Shown here piece after piece: positions 10,587-19,127 of a stretch of DNA of 64,000 nucleotides (position 1 is its first letter; every line of letters starts with the position of its first letter). The position numbers were made by a program, and so were the translations under genes. The notes beneath the pieces are model-generated. The model was given only the letters and a program-made list of their open reading frames with translations. It did no database searches and had not been told where the DNA came from. The stretch covers positions 80,481-144,480 of the forward strand of contig JACRFB010000052.1 of the NCBI GenBank assembly GCA_016218045.1. The letters run 5' to 3'. The DNA is from Ignavibacteriota bacterium (GTDB lineage Bacteria > Bacteroidota > Ignavibacteria > SZUA-365).

Positions 10587-11300
10587 ATGCGACTCTGCGT
10601 CAATATCGATCATGTGGCCACTTTGCGCGAAGCGCGCGGCGGCCTTGAACCGGACCCCGTCACCGCTGCACATATCTGCGAACTCCACGGCGCGGAGGGG
10701 ATTGTCTGTCATCTGCGGGAGGACCGCCGCCATATCAACGACCGCGACCTTCGGCTGTTGCGTGAGACCGTCAAAACCAAGCTGGATCTCGAGATGGCGA
10801 TCACCGACGAGATCATCGGCATCTGCATCGAAACGCTGCCGGATTTGGCGACCTTTGTGCCGGAAAGAAGGCAGGAACTGACGACAGAGGGCGGTCTCGA
10901 TGTTGTGAGCAACGCTGTGGAAGTGGCGACGGCAATCGCGCGGCTGCACGAGCACGATATCGAGGTGAGTCTTTTCATCGACCCGCTCGACGCACAAATC
11001 GAGGCGGCGGCGGAAGCCGGCGCCGACATCATCGAGATCCACACCGGTGAATTCGCGAATGCGCGCAGCGTTGAGGAACAGGAAATGCAGTTGCAGAAAA
11101 TCCGCGGCGCTGCGGCGTACGCCAAAACGCTCGGTCTCGGAGTCAACGCGGGGCACGGAATTTCGTACACCAATGCGCGTGCAATCGCGGGTGTGCTTGA
11201 AATCGACGAAGTCAGCATCGGGCACGCCATCCTGGCACGCGCGCTCTTCGTCGGCCTCCCGCGCGCGGTGGAAGAAATGGCCCGGCTTGTTCATGCGTGA
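10587..11300 (+). CDS. pdxJ: Pyridoxine 5'-phosphate synthase
   Basis: LCVNIDHVATLREARGG, HLREDRRHINDRD and EIHTGEFA are PdxJ signatures. Confidence 0.95.
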   Translation: MRLCVNIDHVATLREARGGLEPDPVTAAHICELHGAEGIVCHLREDRRHINDRDLRLLRETVKTKLDLEMAITDEIIGICIETLPDLATFVPERRQELTTEGGLDVVSNAVEVATAIARLHEHDIEVSLFIDPLDAQIEAAAEAGADIIEIHTGEFANARSVEEQEMQLQKIRGAAAYAKTLGLGVNAGHGISYTNARAIAGVLEIDEVSIGHAILARALFVGLPRAVEEMARLVHA

Positions 11301-11337
11301 AAAAGTGCGCGGTCACTCAAAGAAAAAGTTGAACCTG

Positions 11338-11369
11338 CTTGTGTAATTCAAAGACAGGACTTATATTTG
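11338..11369 (+). promoter_or_regulatory. Candidate Bacteroidetes-type promoter (-33 cTTG, -7 TAtaTTTG) for tRNA-Val
   Basis: TATATTTG at 11362..11369 matches TAnnTTTG, 13 nt before the tRNA 5' end. A TTG element lies 20 nt upstream. Confidence 0.3.
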
Positions 11370-11381
11370 TCAAGATTTGTC

Positions 11382-11455
<74 letters not shown>

Positions 11456-11468
11456 CTCTCGAAAGAGG

Positions 11469-11496
11469 AAAAAATCGGATCCATTCCGATTTTTTC
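11469..11496 (+). terminator. Hairpin plus T-tract after tRNA-Val
   Basis: AAAAATCGGA / TCCGATTTTT inverted repeat followed by a T run. Confidence 0.55.
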
Positions 11497-11517
11497 ATTT
11501 ACAACTTTCAACACCAT

Positions 11518-13440
11518 ATGAGCGAAAAGCAAACCATCCGCATAACCTTTCCCAACGGCGACACACGCGAATACGCTGCCGGTATCTCCGGTTTCGAAAT
11601 CGCGAAGGGCATCAGTCCGCGGCTCGCCGATGATGCGCTCGCCGTCATGTTCGACGGCGCAGTGCGTGAGCTGCATCGCCCCATCGAGGCTGATGGCACG
11701 CTGCGCATACTGACCTTCGAGGATGTGGAAGGGAAGGAAGTGTATTGGCACAGCACGAGCCACCTTATGGCGCATGCTGTTGAATCGCTGTGGCCCGGCG
11801 CGAAGTTCGGCGTCGGTCCCGCTATCGAGCAGGGCTTTTATTACGACATCGACGTCGACCATGTTCTCACGCAGGACGATCTTGTCCTGATCGAGAAACG
11901 TATGGAAGAGCTGTCGAAGGAAAATCAGGCGTTCACCCGTCAGGAGCTGTCGAAACAGGACGCGCTCGCCTTCTTCACGGAAAAGGGTGATCAGTACAAG
12001 CTGGAGATCATCGGCGGCCTCGACGAGTCCACCGAAACGATCAGCACGTACACCGAGGGTGCTTTCACGGATTTGTGTCGCGGTCCGCATCTTCCATCGG
12101 CGGGCAAAATCCGCTACGTCAAGCTGCTGCACGTCTCCGGTTCCTATTGGAAGGGCGACGCGAAGAACAAGCAGATGCAGCGCGTATACGGCATCTCCTT
12201 CCCGAAGAAGAAGGATCTCGAGGAATACCTTCGCCTTCTCGAAGAGGCCAAAAAGCGCGATCATCGGAAACTCGGCCGTGAACTGGAGCTGTTTACTTTC
12301 CACGATATCGCGCCGGGTGCGCCGTTCTGGCTTCCGCGCGGCATGATCGTGTTCCGTGAGCTGGAGAAACTGATCCGCGAACTTCTCGACGCCGCAGGGT
12401 ATCAGGAAATCCTGACACCGATCATGGTGAAGAAGGATTTGTGGGAACAGTCCGGCCATTGGGAACACTATCAGGAAAACATGTTCCTGGTGGAAGCGGA
12501 GAACGAGACGTTCAGTCTCAAGCCCATGAACTGTCCCGAGAGCACGCTGGTGTACCGGCACAAGGTGCGCAGTTATCGCGACCTGCCGCTTCGTTATTCC
12601 GAGATCGGGCGCAATCATCGCAACGAACTTTCAGGCGTACTAAACGGCATGTTCCGTGTGCGCCAGTTCCATATGGACGACGCGCATCTGTTTGTGCGTC
12701 CGGATCAGATACTCGACGAAATCACCGCGCTGCTTCGCCTCGTGGACGCGTTCTACCGCATCTTCCACTTCGAACCGACCTACGCGCTCTCCACTCGTCC
12801 CGAAAACGCGATGGGTGACGCGGAGCTGTGGGATACCGCGGAGAAAGGACTCGCGGACGCTCTCGCAGCAAATGATATAGCGTACCAGTTACATGCCGGC
12901 GACGGTGCCTTTTACGGACCCAAGATCGATATCAGCATCAAGGACGCCTTGCGGCGTTCGTGGCAGCTCGCGACGATACAGCTCGATTTTCAGATGCCGG
13001 AGCGTTTCAAACTCGAGTACATCGACGAGAACAACGAGCGCAAGCGCCCTGTGATGATTCACCGCGCCATCATGGGTTCACTCGAGCGTTTCATCGGCGT
13101 GCTGGTCGAACATTACGCCGGGGCATTTCCACTCTGGCTCGCGCCCGTGCAGCTCGCCGTCCTGCCTATCAGCGACAGCTTCGCCGAGTATGCGGGTGAG
13201 GTGCAGGCCGCGCTGCAGGAAGCCGGGTTCCGTTCCGAGCTCGATCTGCGCAGTGAAAAAGTCGGATATAAAATCCGCGACTGGGAAATGCATAAAATCC
13301 CCTACATGCTTGTGATAGGGGAGAAAGAGCAGGCAGGCCGCTCCGTTTCCGTGCGCAAGCACAAGGACGGAGACCAGGGTGCCATGCCGCTCGATCAATT
13401 CATCGCGGGCATCAAGGAAGAAAAGCAGGGCAGACAGTAA
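11518..13440 (+). CDS. thrS: Threonine--tRNA ligase
   Basis: TGS domain start MSEKQTIRITFPNGD, HSTSHLMAHAV editing-domain motif, class II core, thrS-infC-rpmI-rplT synteny. Confidence 0.95.
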   Translation: MSEKQTIRITFPNGDTREYAAGISGFEIAKGISPRLADDALAVMFDGAVRELHRPIEADGTLRILTFEDVEGKEVYWHSTSHLMAHAVESLWPGAKFGVGPAIEQGFYYDIDVDHVLTQDDLVLIEKRMEELSKENQAFTRQELSKQDALAFFTEKGDQYKLEIIGGLDESTETISTYTEGAFTDLCRGPHLPSAGKIRYVKLLHVSGSYWKGDAKNKQMQRVYGISFPKKKDLEEYLRLLEEAKKRDHRKLGRELELFTFHDIAPGAPFWLPRGMIVFRELEKLIRELLDAAGYQEILTPIMVKKDLWEQSGHWEHYQENMFLVEAENETFSLKPMNCPESTLVYRHKVRSYRDLPLRYSEIGRNHRNELSGVLNGMFRVRQFHMDDAHLFVRPDQILDEITALLRLVDAFYRIFHFEPTYALSTRPENAMGDAELWDTAEKGLADALAANDIAYQLHAGDGAFYGPKIDISIKDALRRSWQLATIQLDFQMPERFKLEYIDENNERKRPVMIHRAIMGSLERFIGVLVEHYAGAFPLWLAPVQLAVLPISDSFAEYAGEVQAALQEAGFRSELDLRSEKVGYKIRDWEMHKIPYMLVIGEKEQAGRSVSVRKHKDGDQGAMPLDQFIAGIKEEKQGRQ

Positions 13441-13441
13441 C

Positions 13442-14029
13442 ATGGCGGGAGGTCCCACGAACAACGACAACAAACAGCCTCGCACGCGGATCAACGGCGA
13501 CATCAACGCGCGTGAAATCCGTGTCATTGCGTCTGACGGAAGCCAGCTCGGCATCCTCCAGACCGACAAGGCCCTGCGTATGGCCGAGGAGCAGGAACTC
13601 GATCTTGTCGAGATCGCTCCCCAGGCGCAACCGCCCGTATGTAAGATTATGGACTTCGGAAAGTTCAAGTACGAGCAGCAGAAAAAAGACAAACTGCTCC
13701 GAAAGAAACAGCAGGTCATCCTGGTCAAGGAGGTCCGCTTTCATCCGAACATCGACACACACGATTTCGACTTCAAGCTCCGACACGCGCGTCAATTTCT
13801 GCTCGACGGCAACAAGGTGAAGGCCTCGGTGGTTTTCCGCGGCCGGCAGATGGCGCATCAGGAATTCGGCGTCGAACTGATCCGCCGTTTTCGTGAGCAG
13901 CTCGAAGACATCGCGCTTGTTGAGCGCGAACCGCTGATGGAAGGGCGCTCGCTGATCGCGATCTTTGCGCCGGACAAGAAAAAAATCAAAGCCGTGACCG
14001 GGAAATCCGACGATACGGCAGACGAATAG
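13442..14029 (+). CDS. infC: Translation initiation factor IF-3
   Basis: [46 protein letters not shown] lies 1 nt after the thrS stop. Confidence 0.9.
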   Translation: MAGGPTNNDNKQPRTRINGDINAREIRVIASDGSQLGILQTDKALRMAEEQELDLVEIAPQAQPPVCKIMDFGKFKYEQQKKDKLLRKKQQVILVKEVRFHPNIDTHDFDFKLRHARQFLLDGNKVKASVVFRGRQMAHQEFGVELIRRFREQLEDIALVEREPLMEGRSLIAIFAPDKKKIKAVTGKSDDTADE

Positions 14030-14070
14030 CGAACACGTTCATTTCCGATACAACACCACGAGGACGCATC

Positions 14071-14268
14071 ATGCCGAAGTACAAGGGCAAATCAGGAGCG
14101 AAGAAGCGGTTCAGTGTCACGGCCTCCGGCCGGCTGAAACGCGAGAAGGCCTACCGCAGCCACATCCTGACGAGCAAATCCACGAAGCGCAAACGGAGTC
14201 TCCGCAAAGCCACGCTCGTTGATTCGACGCAGGAAAAGAGAATCAAGACGATCATTCTCGCGAATTAA
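14071..14268 (+). CDS. rpmI: 50S ribosomal protein L35
   Basis: [14 protein letters not shown], 65 aa, synteny. Confidence 0.95.
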   Translation: MPKYKGKSGAKKRFSVTASGRLKREKAYRSHILTSKSTKRKRSLRKATLVDSTQEKRIKTIILAN

Positions 14269-14285
14269 TTCTACAGGATTCCCCC

Positions 14286-14633
14286 ATGCCACGTTCAAAA
14301 AACAAAGTCGCCTCCCGCGCGCGCCGCAAAAAACTGCTTTCGCGCGCGAAAGGATATTTCCAGGGGCGCAGCAAGGTTTACACCGTCGCGAAACACACGG
14401 TCGAGAAAGGCCTCCAGTACGCCTATCGTGACCGTCGCGCGAAGAAACGCTCGTTCCGTCAGTTGTGGATCGCGCGTATCAACGCGGCCTCCCGCTCGCA
14501 CGGCGTGACGTACTCGCAGCTCATTCACGGGCTGAGTCAGAAGAACATCGACATCAACCGCAAGATCCTCGCCGATCTCGCGGTGAACGACGCCAAGGCC
14601 TTCGCCGACATCGTCGCTTTCGCGACAAAGTAA
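14286..14633 (+). CDS. rplT: 50S ribosomal protein L20
   Basis: [28 protein letters not shown], 115 aa. Confidence 0.95.
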   Translation: MPRSKNKVASRARRKKLLSRAKGYFQGRSKVYTVAKHTVEKGLQYAYRDRRAKKRSFRQLWIARINAASRSHGVTYSQLIHGLSQKNIDINRKILADLAVNDAKAFADIVAFATK

Positions 14634-14647
14634 GGTACCCTTCCGCC

Positions 14648-14681
14648 GGGCAGTGTGCCTGCGGGCGCACTGCCCGTTTTT
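14648..14681 (+). terminator. Rho-independent terminator or attenuator after rplT
   Basis: GGGCAGTG / CACTGCCC stem followed by GTTTTT. Confidence 0.65.
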
Positions 14682-14718
14682 ATGTTCATTCCAGACTTTC
14701 CAATCAAGGAATATCGCT

Positions 14719-15732
14719 GTGAAGGAGTCCATCGACGCGCTGCGCGCGGAAATGCGAACGTCTGCGACACACCTTGCCGTCGCGCGTGACGCGGAAGATT
14801 TCCGCATCGAGTACCTCGGACGCAAGGGAAGGATCGCGGCGCTTTTTGATACACTAAAATCGATCCCGCAGGAGGAGCGCCGCGAAGCAGGCCGTTTGCT
14901 CAATGAACTGCGCACGGAGGCGGAATCGCTTCATGCCGCGGCCGCGGAACGGTTCGAGGGCGGTGACACGCATGCAGCCGACGCCGTGGATGTTACGCTG
15001 CCCGGTCGCACGGTGCCCGTCGGTCACCAGCATATTGTGACACGCACGATCGACGACATCACCCGCATCTTTGCGGGCATGGGATTCAGCGTCGCGGCGG
15101 GTCCGGAAATCGAGAGCGACTGGTACAACTTCGAGGCGCTCAATTTCGCGCCGGACCATCCCGCGCGCGACATGCAGGATACCTTCTTTCTCGGTGACGA
15201 TCTGCTCCTGCGCACGCACACAACGCCGGTCCAGGTGCGCGTGATGGAGAATGAAAAACCGCCGATCAGAATCATCATGCCCGGCCGTGTGTTCCGCAAC
15301 GAAGTCATCAGCGCCCGCAGCCATGTGCAGTTCCATCAGGTGGACGGGCTGTACGTGGACAAGGGTGTGACGTTCACAGATCTGAAGGGGACGCTGGTAA
15401 CGTTTGCGAAGCGGTTTTACGGCGAAGCCCTGCGCTACCGTTTCCGACCGAGCTATTTCCCGTTTACGGAACCGAGCGCCGAGATGGACATTACCTGCTA
15501 CCTCTGCGGTGGTGAGGGATGCCGCGTCTGCAAACACAGCGGGTGGCTCGAAATTCTCGGGTGCGGCATGGTTGACCCTAATGTGTTCCGGAGCGTCGGC
15601 CTCGATCCCGAGGAATACACGGGGTACGCCTTCGGCATGGGCGTCGAGCGCACCGCCATGCTCCGCTACGGCATCGACGATATTCGCCTTCTTTTCGAAA
15701 ACGACTTACGCGTGAACCGCCAGTTCATCTGA
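14719..15732 (+). CDS. pheS: Phenylalanine--tRNA ligase alpha subunit
   Basis: YLGRKGRIAAL, HPARDMQDTFF, class II motifs FRPSYFPFTEPS and GMGVERTAML. A GTG start at 14719 is likeliest because the ORF-track start lies inside the terminator. Confidence 0.9.
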   Translation: MKESIDALRAEMRTSATHLAVARDAEDFRIEYLGRKGRIAALFDTLKSIPQEERREAGRLLNELRTEAESLHAAAAERFEGGDTHAADAVDVTLPGRTVPVGHQHIVTRTIDDITRIFAGMGFSVAAGPEIESDWYNFEALNFAPDHPARDMQDTFFLGDDLLLRTHTTPVQVRVMENEKPPIRIIMPGRVFRNEVISARSHVQFHQVDGLYVDKGVTFTDLKGTLVTFAKRFYGEALRYRFRPSYFPFTEPSAEMDITCYLCGGEGCRVCKHSGWLEILGCGMVDPNVFRSVGLDPEEYTGYAFGMGVERTAMLRYGIDDIRLLFENDLRVNRQFI

Positions 15733-15733
15733 T

Positions 15734-18124
15734 ATGAAAGTCTCACTCACCTGGCTCCGCCGGTACATCGACCTCCCGGAATCTCCCGAACAGATCGCGG
15801 CGCTCCTCACGGGCACCGGACTCGAAGTCGAATCCATCGAAGATCACGCCCGCCAGTTCGACGGAATAGTCGTCGGATGTGTGGTGACCTGCGAGAAACA
15901 TCCCAAGGCCGACAAGCTGTCGATCTGTACGGTCGACGATGGCATCGAGGTGGTGCAGGTTATCTGCGGCGCCCCGAATGTTGCCGCGGGACAGAAGGTT
16001 CCCTTCGCCCGCATCGGCGCATGGATATCCACCGCCGGCTTCCGCATCGAGAAGCGTACGATACGTGGCGCGGAGTCTTCGGGCATGATATGTTCCTCGT
16101 CGGAACTAGGCCTGAACGCCGATCACAGCGGGATAATGGTGCTCCCGGACACCGCCCAGCTCGGCCAACCTTTCTCCGAATACCTGGGAAAGAACGACGT
16201 CTCGCTTGAGATCGGCATCACACCGAACCGGGGGGATGCGCTCTCGCATATCGGCGTCGCGCGTGATTTGGCGGCTGTGCTCGGGCGCCTCATGCGCATT
16301 CCCGCTCCGGTAACCTCGGCACAACTTTTCCCCGAGGCCCTGCCGATCCACATTGCTGATCCGGTACTGTGCCCCCGGTATTCCGGCGCCATCATCCGCG
16401 GTGTGACGGTGAAGCCGTCCCCCGCTTGGCTTGCACGTCTTCTTGAAGCAGCCGGAGTGAGAAGCATCAATTCGGTGGTCGACGTGACCAATTTTATCAT
16501 GCTTGAACTCGGCCAGCCGATGCACGCGTTCGACCTATCGGCACTGGCCGGACCCGAAATTCGCGTGCGTTCCGCCGTGGAAGGGGAGAACTTCACCACG
16601 CTCGACGGCAGGACCCACACCCTGCGTCAAGGTGCCATTCTGATTTGTGATGCGGAGAAACCCGTGGCTTTGGGTGGAGTCATGGGCGGACAAAATTCAG
16701 AGATCAACAACAATACTGTGGACGTGCTGCTTGAAAGCGCACATTTCCACCCTTCATCCATTCGCAAAACAGCTCGCGCAATCGCGGCGGCGTCCGAATC
16801 CAGCTACCGCTTTGAACGGACCACCGATCCCGACGGCACCATGGTCGCACTTCGCAGAGCAATCGATATTCTGCTTGAAGTGGCCGGTGGTAAACTTATA
16901 GCAGTCAACGATAATTACACCCACATTAAGGAGCGGCCATCCGTTGTTCTACGACCTGAACGTGTTCGTTCATTGCTCGGCATCGACATTTCCGATGATC
17001 GGATTGGCGAAATTCTGAACGCCTTGCAGTATAAAATCCGCTCGGTCGATAATAGACTTGAGGTGACAGTTCCTGGTTTCCGCTCCGACATCGATCGTGA
17101 GGTGGATCTGATCGAGGAGATCGCGCGTATACACGGCTACGACAACATTCCCTCGCCCTCAAAGATCGAAATTACCACCGCGAGGCAGTACGACGACTTC
17201 CAACACATTTCGATGATGCGCGCATCCGCGCTGGGACTCGGTTTGGACGAGGTAGTCTCCTCCAGTCTCGTGCCGCGTGACTTTGCTCATATAGGTCACA
17301 GCCCGGAACGGACGCTCGACGTGCTCAATCCAGTCAGTACGGAAAGACCAGCTCTACGCTCCACAATCCTATCGTCGCTCCTGGAGGCGGCGGATCTGAA
17401 TCTGCGCAATGGCGCGGAGAGCATGCGCATTTTCGAAATCGGTTCGACCTACGTACGGAAGGATGGGGGAGGGAGCGGGCTGGCCGGTGTCGACGAAAAG
17501 ACCATGATCGGAATTCTCCTGACCGGCGACGCCAACACGAGGAGCTGGCACACGCAGCAGCGCGGTTTTGATATCTTCGATATGAAAGGACTCGTCACCT
17601 CGTTCCTCGCTCGAATTCATATTGACATTGGTGATGACATTTGTTATGATAGAAGCGAGTCTTTAACGGATTCCTTTTTACCGATTGATTTCAACGGTGC
17701 TATCATTGGACGTATGATGGAAGTTCCTCAGAACTTTCGTTCGATGTTCTCCATCGAGCGTCCGGTCTTTTACGCGGAATTCGAAGCAGAGGCACTTCGG
17801 TCACACATGTATCGAGACAGGAAATACGCGGCGCCGAGCCGCTTTCCTGCGGTGAAACGTGATCTGGCCTTCCTTCTTCCCGTAAAAACACGCGCTGCGG
17901 ACATCCTTGTTCTGGTTAAAGAGGTCACGACTGCGCATCTGGTACATGCGGAAGTGATCGACGTGTTCACTCACGAGAGTTTCGGGCAGGGCAACAAGAG
18001 TCTCGCTCTGAGTCTTCAGTTCCAGGCCGAAGGCAAGACACTCGTTGATGCCGATATCGCCCCGGAGATGGACGCCATAGTTTCCGCTGTTGAAAAGACC
18101 TTCTCCGCAAAACTTCGATCCTGA
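15734..18124 (+). CDS. pheT: Phenylalanine--tRNA ligase beta subunit
   Basis: MKVSLTWLRRYIDL, tRNA-binding domain, B3/4, B5 and FDX-ACB regions, 796 aa. Confidence 0.95.
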   Translation: MKVSLTWLRRYIDLPESPEQIAALLTGTGLEVESIEDHARQFDGIVVGCVVTCEKHPKADKLSICTVDDGIEVVQVICGAPNVAAGQKVPFARIGAWISTAGFRIEKRTIRGAESSGMICSSSELGLNADHSGIMVLPDTAQLGQPFSEYLGKNDVSLEIGITPNRGDALSHIGVARDLAAVLGRLMRIPAPVTSAQLFPEALPIHIADPVLCPRYSGAIIRGVTVKPSPAWLARLLEAAGVRSINSVVDVTNFIMLELGQPMHAFDLSALAGPEIRVRSAVEGENFTTLDGRTHTLRQGAILICDAEKPVALGGVMGGQNSEINNNTVDVLLESAHFHPSSIRKTARAIAAASESSYRFERTTDPDGTMVALRRAIDILLEVAGGKLIAVNDNYTHIKERPSVVLRPERVRSLLGIDISDDRIGEILNALQYKIRSVDNRLEVTVPGFRSDIDREVDLIEEIARIHGYDNIPSPSKIEITTARQYDDFQHISMMRASALGLGLDEVVSSSLVPRDFAHIGHSPERTLDVLNPVSTERPALRSTILSSLLEAADLNLRNGAESMRIFEIGSTYVRKDGGGSGLAGVDEKTMIGILLTGDANTRSWHTQQRGFDIFDMKGLVTSFLARIHIDIGDDICYDRSESLTDSFLPIDFNGAIIGRMMEVPQNFRSMFSIERPVFYAEFEAEALRSHMYRDRKYAAPSRFPAVKRDLAFLLPVKTRAADILVLVKEVTTAHLVHAEVIDVFTHESFGQGNKSLALSLQFQAEGKTLVDADIAPEMDAIVSAVEKTFSAKLRS

Positions 18125-18158
18125 ACCAGTTTCCGCCCATCATTCAGGAGCAGCCACA

Positions 18159-18494
18159 ATGGATGCCGATCTGCAGCACGCCGCCGAGAACATTGTTCTG
18201 AAGAACATTCAGAACGCCATGGCCTCCATACGCGAGAGAGTCACCAAAGCGGCGGAAACGATCCGGAGTTTGAAAGAATCGAAGGCACAGCTTGAATCGC
18301 GCGTCGTCGAACTCGAGGAACTCGTGCGAAGGCTCGAAGAACGTCCGGTCGCCACGTCTGAACGAAAATCAGACGGATCTCAAAATACCATTGAACTTGG
18401 CGACAGACTTTTATATTTTTCCCCCGATGAACGAGAGGCACTCGAACGGCAGATCAATGAACTGCTCGAAAGGGTGCAAGCCCATCTGCGTTGA
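18159..18494 (+). CDS. Coiled-coil protein (ZapB-like), hypothetical
   Basis: Heptad-rich sequence SLKESKAQLESRVVELEELVRRLEE. Located directly upstream of zapA. Start ATG 18159 chosen after the pheT stop. Confidence 0.5.
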   Translation: MDADLQHAAENIVLKNIQNAMASIRERVTKAAETIRSLKESKAQLESRVVELEELVRRLEERPVATSERKSDGSQNTIELGDRLLYFSPDEREALERQINELLERVQAHLR

Positions 18495-18563
18495 TCTTGA
18501 AAAGCGTTTGTTTCTGATTGCGATTGAATTGCGTTTCGAAGCAGTTACACCCAGACGGTCACC

Positions 18564-18848
18564 ATGGAACAGAAGAGCATTCGGGTTCGGATATACGGCA
18601 CGGAGTATCCCCTCCGGGTTGACGACGAGCAGCTCACCTATCGAGCCGCACAACACATCGACCGGATGATGGCTGAATTACACGGCCAATTGCCGGACCA
18701 ACCCCCCGCCACGCTCGCTGTACTGTCGGCATTGAACGTTTCCGAATCCCTGTTTCACGAGCAGCGTTTCACCATGCAGACGCTGAAGGAAGTGGAGCAG
18801 GAAGTGCACGCGCTCTCACGGTATCTTGACGAAGCGCTGGAGGAGTAA
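18564..18848 (+). CDS. zapA: Cell division protein ZapA
   Basis: IRVRIYGTEYPLRVDDEQ..YRAAQHIDRMM..LAVLSALNVSE is a typical ZapA pattern, 94 aa. Confidence 0.8.
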   Translation: MEQKSIRVRIYGTEYPLRVDDEQLTYRAAQHIDRMMAELHGQLPDQPPATLAVLSALNVSESLFHEQRFTMQTLKEVEQEVHALSRYLDEALEE

Positions 18849-18877
18849 ACTTCGACCACCGCGGCCGCATTCATTGT

Positions 18878-19106
18878 ATGTGCCGCACTTCAATCCTGTT
18901 GCAGACACTCGTTTAAAAAGAACCAACATTTTTTTAACGATGGGAATCTGACTCTTTTCATCAATTGCAGGCCTCAGTCCGCTGAGGCGGACTTGGACCG
19001 CAAGGTTCGACAGTGGAAGCAAACGATGATAAGGCATTTACCCAAATGTGCACGAAGGGGTTCTTTCTTAAACCTTCCTTTTCTGTGACGGAGAAGTGCG
19101 GCACAT
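18878..19106 (+). ncRNA. Candidate structured RNA (6S-like rod) or rny leader
   Basis: Three coaxial long-range helices: 18878-18891/19093-19106 (14 bp, perfect), 18894-18905/19082-19092, and 18911-18924/19059-19073 (14 bp, one bulge). Internal 7-bp hairpin at 18971-18988. The strand is assumed. Confidence 0.4.
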
Positions 19107-19127
19107 TCATTTCCGTGGAGGTTCACG

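Noticed and set aside
14682-14789. Possible pheM-like leader peptide ORF between rplT and pheS
   Set aside because: The 35-codon ORF (MFIPDFPIKEY...) has only two Phe codons and runs out of frame into pheS. It is not comparable to the Phe-rich pheM attenuator leader.
18816-19037. 73-aa minus-strand ORF inside the zapA-rny spacer
   Set aside because: It has no RBS and an odd composition, and it is explained better by the long-range RNA helices spanning the region.
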